The notes below the pieces were generated by a model, which saw only the letters and a program-made list of their open reading frames with translations, had not been told where the DNA came from and did no database searches. From Chiloscyllium plagiosum (taxonomy: Eukaryota): a stretch of 64,000 nucleotides of DNA. The stretch lies in the NCBI RefSeq assembly GCF_004010195.1, contig NC_057719.1, positions 53,439,282 to 53,503,281 of the forward strand, read 5' to 3'. Below are positions 23,321 through 35,913 of this stretch, piece by piece; within the stretch, counting starts at the first letter, position 1; every line of letters starts with the position of its first letter. Made by a program: the position numbers and the translations under genes.

Positions 23321-25789
23321 GATTCTCCTGTTCCCTAGATGCTGCCTGACCTGCTGCGCTTTTCCAGCAACACATTTCCATCTCTGATCTCCAGCATCTG
23401 CAGACCTCACTTTCTCCCCAATAGGAGAATAAGGCCAATTCTCCAAGCCAAAATGATACAGCCAATACTCTATGCAGTTTTACAGTAACATTGTTATTTG
23501 CAATGTTTGAAAGGTGTCTTCACTATGTATATGTGCAAACATTAGTGCACAAGATTGGAAGATGTCAGAAGAAACTATTATTAAAAATATTATGTAATAG
23601 GGCCAAGAAAATAGGTTAACCTGGTGTTGTCAAAGGAAAATCAATTTATGATTACAATCTATTTGAATTTTTTGAGGTAACATGCTGAGGTTAATGGGGA
23701 TCCAATTGATCTACTGTACTAGATCTCAACTTTAGTAAAAGGATAGGAAGAATAAGTGTTGAAAAGGCAGTCAGGGAGCTGGAACATCTTCCAACAAGTC
23801 AAACAAAACAAGGGCACCAATATCCCTATGATCCACAGATGAGTGACACCATAAATGAGGGCTCTGCTGGCTCTAAGAGGGCAATTCACCAGTGTTTCAG
23901 TTATAGATTGGACTGTTGTACAGTTACATGACTGTTGTGGAAACATACTGGTCAGATCCCAGAAACAACGTTAACATCACACTCATCAGCCCCAACAATT
24001 AGAGAAGTTTAAAAAGGACACCTTTTAGTTCTTGCAACCATTATTCAAAATGGTTTGAGTCATAATTTGTCATGGTGTAAATGTTCTGTTGGCAGATTGA
24101 TGTAGTGAAGACATGGGGTGATTGCCTTGAAAGCTGATTGGTTATTTCTTTACATGTGCTGCCTGCAGTGATGAGCATTCCCCGTGTTTAATCTCATTAC
24201 CTACATTCACAGTATTTTGCTTTTGTAACAGAGAAGATACCAGTCAGGGTGCTGCAGTTGTTGATAAAAATGTTCATGCTTTCACTTTTTTTCAAACATC
24301 AGTATTTCCTGTTTTGTTATGTTAATGAGTAGTCTAAGGGCAAACCATTGGCTGCCAGTCCTAAATCTAATTCCAATACAGTATATAATATTAAGGATGG
24401 GAATGTCCACTTTCTTCCTTTAGTCTGGTTTAATATTGGGAGCTTCTATTAGCTCATTTCAAGTACAAGCAGCCGAGTGCAAAATAATTATTGTTTTTCC
24501 AAATATATTGGCAGAAAGGGACTACAAAATACATTGATGTTGAAGCTAGAGAAGAGTCTTTGATGTCAAAATAAAATGAATTGGTGTATTACTGAATGGA
24601 GATAAAAGGAAAAAGTTATCTTAATACACATCACCATTGAATGCACACAAAACTAGATATAAAACAAATATATTTCATACATAAATTTCAATAATTAAAT
24701 AATTAAAAATCAAGGATTTGAGGAGACCATTCAGTTAACAGCAATGAGCATTGCCTAAAATTTGTGAATTGCCATCTCAACACATAGGTTGCAGATTTCC
24801 CCTCGGTGGTGTGGCAAGAGTAACAGTGAGGAAGACAAAATAGACTGAGCATTAAAAGACCAGATTCTCGATGACAAGAACAGTTCTTTTGATTTTTTTC
24901 CTCAAGCCTTAAATAGTGAATTTGATAGTTTTCTTGAATGGCAACCACCTTATTTTCATGCATTTATATCTCATTGAAGGCTCAACTCACCTAATTAAAT
25001 TCCATTTTCAATTTGACTCACCTCCAGAAGGAACGAGATAGTACAAATTCCTGACATGTAAATCAGACCAGGTGTCTGGTGGTTGTAGATCATCTGATTG
25101 CTGTCCAAGCTATTATGTAACTACTTTTGAAGAACATCCCTGGTTGCTCCTTGGCACACTATGTCCAGAACCTTTCTTCAGCAAACCACCAGCCTCATGT
25201 CTGCTTTCAGACTAGTTCAGGCCTTTTCCATCCATCAAGCTGATTTAGAGCCTTCTGACAATTATGACTTGCATGCTTTGGCCTGGTTACATTGCATGCT
25301 TGGAAAACATATATTTCACATAGTAACTGAGGCTTCTTTTGCATTGACATGGCATGTGTTTTATGCTATTACCCTACTTTTGTGACACTCACCAATTTTA
25401 GCAGCAGCCAGCCTATAATACAGGATGAAGTTTAGCTTACTTTTTAATGCAAACAGAGAGGTAAGCCGCTTGCGATGGTAGCAGCTCTGATTAGCCAAGT
25501 ATTTTCATCATATCAAGTGTTGACAGGTCACTGTGCTGCAGCATGTGCGAGCTATTTATGTCAAGCACACAGTGTGTCTTCAAGTAAATAATGATGTGTG
25601 AAAGTCAAAGGGGAAGAGTCTTTAAAGGGGTGAAGGGGGACTACAATCCATCAGGAGAAACAGCACAGTCAAACAAGAAACTCAAAACTGCATTTCAGGA
25701 GTTTGCTTTTAAGACTCACTCATTATATGGGTATAGTTGGCCGGACTAGCATTTATTACCCATCTATTACCTGCTCCCATAGCCCGAGG

Positions 25790-27010
25790 TCCTGTCATGA
25801 TATGGGATGCTTTCTGAGATAGGGAACAAAGATGTTCATGCTCCAAAATTGTTAAACTCAATGTTGAGTCCTGAAGGCTGCAAGATACCTAGATAGAAGA
25901 AGACACATGAGACCAGGACCTTTTTCACTGGAGGGTAGGAGGTTGAGAGGTGACCTTATAGAGGTTTATAAAATTATGAGGGGTATAGATAGGGATAATA
26001 GTCAGTGTCTTTACCTTAGGATTCGGGGATTTAAAGGTGAGGGGGCACATTTTTAATATGAGGGGAAAGAGATTTAAAAAAAAACATGAGGGGCAAATTT
26101 TATTTACACAGACAGTGGCTCCATGTACAATATGGGCACAGTTAGTGTTTAAAATACACTTGGATAAGTTCATGAATAGGAAAGATTTGGAGGGATATGA
26201 ACCAGGAGCAAGGAGGTAGGACGGGTTTAGTTTGGGATTATGTTTGGTATGGATGGGTTTGGACAGAAGGTCTGTTGATCGTGCCATATGACTGTATGAT
26301 TCTATAGTTCCTCCAGCTTATTTTGAGTTTTGCTGGAACACTGCAATAGGATGAAGACAGAGATATTGATCTGCAAATACAATGGTGTTGAACTGACAGG
26401 CAATTGGAAACTCAAGGTCGTTTGTACGAACACAGCGTCGATTGTCTACAAAGTGGTCACCTGTTCTATATTTTATTTCCCCAGTGTGGAGGTGTGAGCA
26501 GCAAATACGGTAAACCAGATTGAGTAAAGTGCAGGCAAATCTCTGCTTCACCTCAAAGGTGTGTTTAGGGCCGTGGATAGTGAGAAAGGAGGATGTAAAT
26601 AGGCAAGTGTTGCACCTTCTGCAGATGCGTAGGAAGGTGCCATGTGGGTGTGGAGAAATGTCGGGAGTAGAGGAGGAGTGGACCAGTGTGTCTCAGAGGA
26701 AATAGTCCCCATGGAATGCTGACAAGAGAGGGGAGGCGAATATGTGCCTGATCACGGTAGCCTGTCAGAGGTAATAGAAATGACGACTTATGATTCTTTG
26801 GATGTGGAGGCTGGTGGGGTGGAAAATGAGGACTGGGACCCGAGTAGTGTTGAGAAAGAGATGGGGAAGAGTGAGGGCAGAACTACAGGAAGTGGAATGG
26901 TTACAGATGAGAGCCCTGTCAAACACGGTTTTGGAGAATCCTTCGTTGAGGAAAAATGGTGGACATTTCGAAAGCCCTCCCTGCAGAAGATGGCATCATC
27001 AGAACAGATT
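25790..27010 (-). mobile_element. Decayed Penelope-like element (linker + GIY-YIG endonuclease), interrupted by CR1
   Basis: ORF 26318-26551 KQRFACTLLNLVYRICCSHLHTGEIK...FPIACQFN resembles the PLE GIY-YIG pattern (NLVY.I.C...YIGETK..PVA.HFN); 26560-27000 resembles the reverse complement of 13250-13700. Confidence 0.8.
25905..26306 (+). mobile_element. CR1 3' fragment inserted in the PLE
   Basis: GAGGTTGAGAGGTGACCTTATAGAGGTTTATAAAATTATG...; tail ATGACTGTATGATTCTAT. Confidence 0.9.
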
Positions 27011-27339
27011 TAAATTATTTCTAGATCCCATTTTTTTTTTCTATATTTCAGAGGTTGTCAGAAATGTTCTTCTGTGATGGCAGGTACAAGACAGTTGTCT
27101 AGTTTAGATCCTTTTTCAATACTATTCCCCATTATAAGTTCTCCTCCCTTCACTTTTAACAGACTAACATTTTATTTTGTAATGTTTGATTAGAACAATT
27201 TCCTTTAATATACAAAAACCTAGAAATTATTGTCAACTATAAAATGTCAACTAATGCTGTCATACCTCTTAATGTGATTTTCCAATCCACCATAGCTAAT
27301 TTTGCCTTCAGATCTTTAAATCTAAACAAAGGCTCTATT

Positions 27340-27469
27340 CCTATTGAAGGGCTTTTGCCTGAAACGTCGATTTTCCTTTTCCTCGGATGCTGCCTGACTT
27401 GCTGTGCTTTTCTAGCACCACTCTGATCTAAACTCTGGTTTCCAGCATCTGCAGCCCTTGTTTTTACCT
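27340..27469 (+). mobile_element. Single Penelope-end fragment with degenerate hammerhead core
   Basis: TGAAGGGCTTTTGCCTGAAACGTCG...GATGCTGCCTGACTTGCTG...CCAGCATCTGCAG, homologous to 23293-23417. Confidence 0.8.
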
Positions 27470-28445
27470 AATAAAGATTGATAAATGATTGAAATATATT
27501 ACTTTAAATCTTAATGTTTAACGTCAATACTATGGTTACTCTTAACAAAAGGCTGATTTGTAGTAAGATTAACCATTTTTCATTGCACAACAGGAGATCT
27601 AAGATAACCCCATTCCTTTTTTGATTCCTTAAATCATCCTCCACAACTCTAAAATCAGAGGTTTACTGAGTTGATATGCAGATTGCAATTCACCATGATT
27701 ATCACTATTCTTGTTCCATGCACCTCCTAATTTATTACTGCTGCTGTTTGGTGCTAATTCCCAATGTTCTCTGCCCCTTCCTGTTTCTTGGTTCTACCCA
27801 AACTTATTCCACGCCTTGAACTTTGAAACTACAGTGCAGTACTAATTCAACTATATTTAGCAGAACTATCTCATGACCTCTTCCCAGCTTCCTGAAGATC
27901 ACAGACCACTGGCTAGTCAGGTACTGACTTTGAAACCCTTGGAACTACTGCCATGGCACACAGAAATAACAAAAAAAATGATTGATTCACTTGGATCACA
28001 TTTCAAGGATACAGAACCATATACACAGATAAATTTTGGAAAGAAGTCAAAAGTACAACAGAAAACAATTTAAATAAAAATGCACCCAGGGTGACACCAC
28101 AGTGTACCTGCACAGTTCCTGCCTTTGCTGTTTGAATTCATGTATCGCTGGACATCGGAGTGCATCTGGGAAAATTAACAAACCTTGAAATTCACAACTG
28201 ATCTTGGAGGAACTGTTTGGGCAAAGTCCACAGCATAGAAACAGGTAAGTTAATTGGTTTAAGTGACCTACAGAAAGTCTACAGTAGTGACTAGAATGGG
28301 TTCTTTCTTGATGATTTTTTTTAAAAATATGGCTCTTGATTACACTTAAAATATAAGCAATTACTATTAACTTAACCTGGGGCAGTGTTTGTAGAGGAAT
28401 AAGACAGCATTATTTTCTGAGTCTGTAAATTGTGAAGGAGCAAAA

Positions 28446-29360
28446 ATGGTCTGTGGTAGAGTGATATGCGCTTCTTGTCAGATGTGGGAGTTTAAAGAGA
28501 CTTTAAGGGTTACTGCAAATTAAATCTGCAATAAATGATGTTGGTTGAGAATCATATCAGATCGAATGGATCAGTTGGAGAGACAGTTAGAGGCAATGAG
28601 GAATTTGCAACAGCAACAGTATGTGATGGATAGCAGCTTTAGGAAGTGGGGAAAGTCTCAGATACAGTCACATAGATGGGTTAACTCCAGGTTAAGAGAA
28701 GTAGGCAGCTAATGCAGGAATCTTCTGTGGCTATGCCCATTTCAAACAAGTATGCTGTTTTGGAAAATGTAGCGGGTGATCGATTTACAGGGGAACGTAG
28801 TACGAATAGCCAAGTTTCTGGTATTGAAACGGGCTCTAATGCAATAAGGGGTACGTCGGGTTCTAAGAGATCAATTGTGTTAGGGGACTCTCTCTCTAGT
28901 CCGAGGTACAGACAGTGGTTTCTGTAGCCAGCAGCAAAAAATAAGAATGGTGTGTTGCTTCCCTGGTGCCAGGATCAAGGATGTCTCAGAGAGAGTGCAG
29001 AATGTTCCCACGGGGGAGAGGGTCCAGCAGGAGGTCATTGTACACATTGGAACCAACAACATAGGAAGAAAAAATGTTGAGATTCTGAAGGGAGATTACA
29101 GAGAGTTAGGCAGGAATTTAAAAAGGAGGTCCTCGAGGGTAGTAATATCTGGATTGCTCCCGGTGCTATGAGCTAGTAAGGGCAGGAATAGGAGGATAGA
29201 GAGATAAATGCATAGCTGAGGAGCTGGTGTATGGGAGAAGGATTCACATTTTTGGATTGTTGGAATCTCTTTTGAGGGATAAGTGACCTGTACAAGAAGG
29301 ACGGATTGCACCGAAATTGGAAGGGAGATTTGCTAGAACTGTTTGGGAGGATTTAAACTA
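28446..29360 (+). pseudogene. CR1 ORF1 (Cys-rich zinc finger/coiled coil + SGNH esterase), disrupted
   Basis: ATG at 28446 gives MVCGRVICASCQMWE..ICNK.C; SGNH blocks IVLGDS, PGARIKD, HIGTNNI and DGLH in order across frameshifts. Confidence 0.85.
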
Positions 29361-29489
29361 GTAAGGTTGGTGGGGGGTGGAAGGGGAGGGAGCAGGGAGA
29401 TAGTGAGGGAAGAGATCAATCTGAGACTGGTACAGCTGAGAAAAGAAGTGAGTCAAACAGTCAGGACAGGCAGGGACAAGATAGGATTA

Positions 29490-32130
29490 ATAAATTAAAC
29501 TGCATTTATTTCAATGCAAGAGGCCTAACAGAGAAGGCAGATGAACTCAGGGCATGGTTAGGAACGTGGGACTGGGATGTCATAGCAATCACAGAAACAT
29601 GGCTCAGGGATGGGCAGGACTGGCAGCTTAATGCTCCAGGATACAAATGCTACAGGAAGGATAGAAAGGGAGACAAGAGAGGAGGAGGAGTGGTGAGGGA
29701 GGATATTCCTGGAAATACATCCAAGGAAGTTATTTGGGTGGAACTGAGAAATAAGAAAAGGATGCTCACCTTATTAGGATTGTATTATAGACCCCCCATG
29801 AGTCAGAGGGAAATTGAGAAACAAACTTGTAATGAGATCTCAGCTATCTGTAAGAATAATAGGGTAGTTATGGTCGGGGATTTTAACTTTCCAAACATAG
29901 ACTGGGACTGCCATAGTGTTGAGGGTCTAGATAGAGATGCATTTGTTAAGTGTGTACAAGAACATTTTCTGATTTAGTATGTGGACGTACCTACTTAGAG
30001 AAGATGCAAAACTTGACCTACACTTGGGAAATAAAGCAGGGCAGGTGACTGAGGTGTCACTGGGGGAAGCACTTTGGGGCCAGCGATCATAATTCTAAAA
30101 TAGTGATGGAAAAGGATAGACCAGATCTAAAAGTTGAAGTTCTAAATTGGAGAAAGGCCAATTTTGACGGTATTAGGCAAGAACTTTCAAAAGTTGATTG
30201 GGGCAGATGTTCGCAGGTAAAGGGACAGCTGGAAAATGGGAAGCCTTCAGAAATGAGATAATGAGAATCCAGAGAAAGTATATTCCTGTTCGGGTGAAAG
30301 GAAAGGGTGGTTGGCATCGGGAATGCTGGATGACTAAAGAAATTGAGCGTTTGGTTAAGAAAAAGGAAGAAGTATATGTCATGTATAGACAGGATAGATC
30401 GAATGAATGCTTAGAAGAGTATAAAGGCAGTAGGAGTATACTTAAGAGGGAAATCAGAGGGTAAAAAAGGGGACATGAGATAGCTTTGGAAAATAGATTT
30501 AAGGAGAATCCAAAGAGTTTTTACAAATACATTAAGGACAAAAAGGTAACTAGGGAGAGAATAGGGCCCCTCAAAGATCAGCAAGGTGGCCTTTGTGTGG
30601 AGCCTTCGGAGATGGGGGAGATACTAAATGAGTATTTTACATCAATATTTACTGTGGAAAAGGACGTGGAAGATATAGAATGTAGGGAAATAGACAGTGA
30701 CACCTTGCAAAATGTCCATATTACAGAAGAGGAAGTGCTGGATGTTTTGAAATGCTAAGAGTGGATAAATCCCCAGGACCTGATCAGGTATATACTAGAG
30801 CTCTCTGGGAAGCTAGAGAAGTGATTGCTGGACCTCTTGCTGAGATATTTGTATCATCGATAGTCACAGGTGAGGTGCTGGAAAACTGAAGATTGGCTAA
30901 CGTGGTGCCACTGTTTAAGAAGGGTGGTAAGGACAAGCCAGGGAACTATAGACCAGTGAGCCTGACATTGGTGGTGGGCAAGTTCTTGGAGTGACTCCTC
31001 AGGGACAGGACGTAAATGTATTTGGAAAGGCAAGGACTGATTAGGGAAAGCGAACATGGCTTTGTATTTGGGAAATCATGTCTCACAAACTTGATTTGAG
31101 TTTTTTGAAGTAGTAACAAACAGCATTAATGAGAGCAGAGCGGTACATGTGATCTATGTAGACTTCAGTAAGGAGTTCGACAAGGTTCCCCATGGGAGGC
31201 TGGTTAGCAAGGTTAGATCTCATGGAATGCAGGGAGAACTAACCACTTGGATACAGAACTGGCCCAAAGGTAGAAGACAGAGGGTGGTGGAGAAGGGTTG
31301 TTTTTCAGACAACAAGGATCGGTGTTGGGTTCTCTACTTTTTATCATTTATATAAATGATTTGGATGGGACCATAAGAGGTATGGTTAGTAAGTTTGCAG
31401 ATGACACCAAAATTGGAGGTGTAGTGGGCAGCGAAGAGAGTTACCTCAGATTACAACAGGCTCTTGATCAGAAGGGCCAATGGGCTGAGAAGTGGCAGAT
31501 GGAGTTTAATTCATATAAATGTGAGGTGCTGCATTTTGGGAAAGCAAATCTTAGCAGGACTTATACACTTAATGGTAAGCTCCTAGGGAGTGTTGCTGAA
31601 CAAAGAGACCTTATAGTGCAGGTTCATAGCTCCTTGAAAGCGGAGTTGCATGTAGATAGGATAGTGAAGAAGGTGTTTGGTATGCTTTCATTTGTCGGGT
31701 AGAGTATGGAGTACAGGAGTTGGGAGGTGATGTTGCGGCTGTACAGGACATTGGTTAGGCCACTGTTGGAATACTGTTGCAATTCTGGTCACCTTTCTAT
31801 ATTGGTGCTGTTTTCCCTGGAGCATCAGAGGCTGAGGGGTGACCTTATAGTGGTTTACAAAATTATGAAGGATATGGATAGGATAAATAGACAAAGTCTT
31901 TTCCCTGGGGTGGGAGAGTCCAGAACTAGAGGACATAGGTTTAGGGTGAGAGAGGAAAGATATAAAAAAGACCTAAGGGGCAACTTTAACACACAGAGGG
32001 TGGTACGTGTATGGAATGAGCTGCCAGAGGAAGTGTAGGTACAATTGCAACATTTTAAAGACATTTGGATGGGTATATGAATAGGAATGGTTGAGGGATA
32101 TCGGCCGGGTGCTGGCAGGTGGAACTAGAT
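29490..32130 (+). pseudogene. CR1 ORF2 (APE endonuclease + reverse transcriptase), disrupted
   Basis: YFNARGL, ITETWL, YYRPP, VGDFNFPNIDW, SDHN, DFSKEFDKVPH, QGSVLG, FADDTK and WNELPEEV motifs. Confidence 0.93.
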
Positions 32131-33521
32131 TGGGTTAGGGTATCTGGTCGGCATGGACGGGTTGAACCGAAGGGTCTGTTTCCATGCTGTACATCTCTAT
32201 GACTCTATGAATCAATAGTAAATTTACACAGATAGCATTTGGCATCTCATGATACGATTCAACACCTTGTCCATGTTCATGAATGTAAGGTTTGGATAAT
32301 TATGCTGGTGAATGGATTATTTCCTAGCTCTCTTACTTACCTTTTGTTGAGGAGACTGTCTTAATTTAGTTCTTAAGCTTGAGAGTGATATCAAAATTGT
32401 GATCAGAATCAGCAATGTTTTGAATGAAATTCATAATCTATGAAACCCAATCAAATTAGACTGCTTTTTGTCAATCAAGTTATAATTGTCCATGCAAAAC
32501 ATAAGCTGGAAATTAATGGTCTATTGATGGATGCCCAATCTTCATGTGACAGACAGGCATTTTCCCCTCTGATTTCCTCATCCAAAAGAGTGATGTGCCC
32601 CTGCGTCAGCTTCTACCTGCAATCCTACTTCCTGTAGGCATACTGTTACCATGGATGGCTATGGTCTTTCTCTTCAGTTATGTTACTAAAGATATCCAAG
32701 TTGACACAATCATGACCCTGTTATAGAGTAATAGAGGCCTACAGTATGACAATAGGCCCCTCGGCCCAGCTTGTCCATGCTATCCAGTTTTCACAATTTA
32801 AACTAGTCCTATTTGTCTGCATTTGGTCCATATCGCTCCATACTGATCCCATTTATGTACCTGTATAAAATGTTTCTTAAAATGACAAAACTCTACTTGC
32901 TTCCACCACCACCTCTAGCAGCCTGTTACAGACCCTCTGTGTGAAAAAAACATATCCCTCTGGACCCTTTTGTATCTCTTCCCTCAAACTTATACCCTCT
33001 AGTTGTATTCTCCACTACCATGGGGAAAAACTGTCACTATCTACCTCATCTATGCCTCTTATGATTTTTATGCCTCTATAAGGTCACCCCTCAGACTCCT
33101 TCACTCCAGGAGAAAGAGTCCAGGCCTGTCCAACTTCTCTTTATAAGTCAAACCCTCCACGCCAGGTATCATCCTAGTAAATCTTTTCCATATTCTTTCT
33201 AGTTTAACAATATCCTTTCTATATCGGGCAACCAGAATCGCAGGCAGTACTCCCAAGGTGGCCTCACCAATGTCATGTACATCTGCAACAAGATGTCCCA
33301 TCTCCTATATTCAAAGCTCTGACCGATGAAAGCTTACATGCTGAAAGCCTTCTTTACCCCATGTCTACCTGTGACTCCATTTTCAAGGATCTGTACCCCT
33401 AGATTTCTTTGTTCTATAACACTACCCAGGGCCCTATCATTGACTGTGTAAGTCCTGCCCTGACTTGCCTTACCAAAATCCAACACCTCACATTCATCTA
33501 AATTAAACTCCATCTGCCATT

Positions 33522-34467
33522 TGTTATGAAGATGTGCGTGTACTGTACTTTTTAAGAGAGTCAAAAGCTGGTAGAGCTACCTGACAGCACCAAGTGTTCT
33601 CAATAAGGTAACAATGTAACACTTGGCCAAAAGCTAAATTGACTGGTTGCGTGGAAATGACAACACAGATTCGAATTAGGCCAATCAGTTTCAACTATAC
33701 CCCGAAAAATATCAAACTCCAATCCAGTTTGAATTGAGTATATTGACAATCTTAAAAGCTAATGACACAATGTGATGCTTTAGGGGTGTACCCAAGCTAC
33801 CAGCACATAAATAGATTGCCTGAAAAATAGCTGTCTTAAAAGTACTTTATCGATCAGTAACCTGTGAAGAAGAAAAGAAGACACAGGAAGATCCAAAAGC
33901 TGTCTGGTTTTGAGAGGATTAGATTACTTAGTGTGGAAACAGGCCCTTCAGCCCAACACGTCCACATCTACCCTCCAAAGAGCAACCCTACATTTACCCC
34001 TTCACCTAACACTACGGGCAATTTAGCATGGCCAATTCACCTAACCTGCACATCTTTGGACTGTCGGAGGAAACCGGAGCACGCTGGGGAAACCCAGGCA
34101 GACACAGGGAGAACGTGCAAACTCCACACAGACAGTTGCCTGAGGTGGGAATTGAACCCGGGTCCCTGGCAGTGTGAGGCAGCAGTGCTAACCACTGTGC
34201 CACTATGCTATTGAGTATTGTTTTGTAAATCTTAATTGGGAGTTTTATCAGACTAATATTATAGAAGGGAAGGTAACAGATAGGTTAGAGGAAGGAACTG
34301 TAAATAGTTGTTAGTTAATTACTCTCTGTTATACTTTAAGAAATAAAGTTGGTAATTTTTACTTTAACAAGTTCTTAGCCTATCAGATTTTCACAGATTA
34401 TTGCACAGAGCAAATCTTTTCTATCTTGCTGGTTTTAAAGCAGGAGAGTTTACCCCGTGTTGTAACA
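33522..34467 (+). mobile_element. Solo LTR (TG...CA, 4-bp TSD), containing a SINE
   Basis: TGTTA...TAACA inverted termini; CATT at 33518-33521 and 34468-34471; AATAAA about 34282. Confidence 0.85.
33917..34210 (-). mobile_element. HE1-type SINE nested in the solo LTR
   Basis: Reverse-complement homolog of 16462-16784 with A/B boxes; possible short TTGAG duplication. Confidence 0.93.
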
Positions 34468-34540
34468 CATTCCTCAGCCGACTGGCCCAGTTGATCAAGA
34501 TCTTGCTACTTTCCCAGATAACATTCTTCACTGTCCACTA

Positions 34541-35913
34541 GCCTCCACCACTTCCTCTGGCAGCTCATTCCATACACGTATCACCCTCTGTGTGAAAAAG
34601 TTGCCCCTTAGATCTCTTTTATATCTTTCCCCTCTCACCCTAAACCTATGCCCTCTAGTTCTGGACTCCTCCACCCCAGGGAAGAGACTTTGTCTATTTA
34701 TCCTATCCATGCCCCTCATGATTTTATAAACCTCTATAAGGTCGCACCTCAGTCTCCTATGCTCCAAGGAAAACAGCTCCAGCCTATTCAACATCTCCCT
34801 GTAGTTCAAATCCTCCAAACCTGGCAACAGCCTTGTAAATCTTTTCTGAACCCTTTCAAGTTTCACAACATCCTTCCGTATGTCTCCTCCTTTTTCAAGA
34901 CCAGGGCTTCAATAACTCTAGTCATTGAATGTTCCCTTCGCCTGCCAGCCTTAATTCTAACAGGAAGATGCTGGCCCTAAACCCTCATTAACTCATTTTT
35001 GAAAGCCTCCCACTTACCAGATGTCCCTTTGCTTGCAAGCATCCTCCCCCAATCAAATTTTGTAAGTTCCTATCTAAAACTTAACTTGTGGAACAGATCA
35101 ATCCTTTTTCATAGCTATTTTGAAACAAATGAAATTATGTGGTCACTTGTCCCAAAGTGCTTCCCTCCAAATACTTCCATCATTGGACCTGCGTTATTTA
35201 TGTTTGAAAGTTTCCAGTGTTGTAAAGACAGAAAATAAACTGCATCCAGCCAAATATATGGGGGGAGTGAGACATGAAATACAATAAGTGAGATTTTGTT
35301 CAGTTGGAGGAATGATGAGCTTAAAATTCCCACCTGCGTACTGTAGCCAAGTGGTCTACAGCATTGCATTCTGTAATGTAGACATTCTTCAAGACACTAC
35401 TATTTATTTCCCCAAGTTACCTAACATCCATACCTTTCTCAACGGTAAATACAGACAAGAAACATTTATTTAGGATCTCACCCACCTGTTGTGGTTTGCA
35501 TGTAGATGACATTGTTGATTTTTTAGAGGTTCTATTCTCTCCCTACTTACTCTTTTACCTTAATGTACTTGCAGAATCTTTTTGAATTCTCATTGACCTT
35601 ATCTGTCAATGCCATCTCATGTTCCCTTTTAGCCCTCCTGATTTCTCTCTTAACTGTACTCTGAAACCCTCTATACTTAAGGAATTCACTTGATCCCAGC
35701 TGCATATACATGTCAGAGAGTCATAGAGATGTACAGCACAGAAACAGATACTTCCATCCAACTCGTCTATGCTGACTAGATGTTCCAACCTAATCCAGTC
35801 CCACCTGCCAGCACTTGGCCCATATCCCTCCAAACCCTTCATATTCAAATACCCATCCAGATGCTTTTTAAATGTTGTAATTGTACTAGCCTCCACCACT
35901 TCCTCTGGCAGCT
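34541..35913 (-). mobile_element. Rearranged mosaic of young and old CR1 fragments
   Basis: Young CR1 pieces 34541-34877 and 35715-35913; older CR1 pieces 34878-35190 and about 35368-35714; order is permuted (see findings). Confidence 0.88.

Larger units (their letters stand above)
21730..23417. mobile_element. Composite Penelope-end insertion: inverted ends, gap, about 245 bp of non-PLE DNA and a 179-bp-arm palindrome inside one 16-bp TSD
   Basis: CCAATAGGAGAATAAG at 21714-21729 and 23418-23433; arms 22995-23173 and 23192-23370 are reverse complements (two mismatches seen). Confidence 0.85.
28100..32210 (+). mobile_element. Near-full-length CR1 LINE (5'UTR, ORF1, ORF2, 3'UTR)
   Basis: Continuous CR1 architecture ending in CTCTATGACTCTATGA; many stops and frameshifts. 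Confidence 0.96.
32722..34540 (-). mobile_element. CR1 3' fragment interrupted by a solo LTR
   Basis: ORFs 33101-33301 and 33334-33564 (WQMEFNLDEC); CR1 resumes at 34468. Confidence 0.9.
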
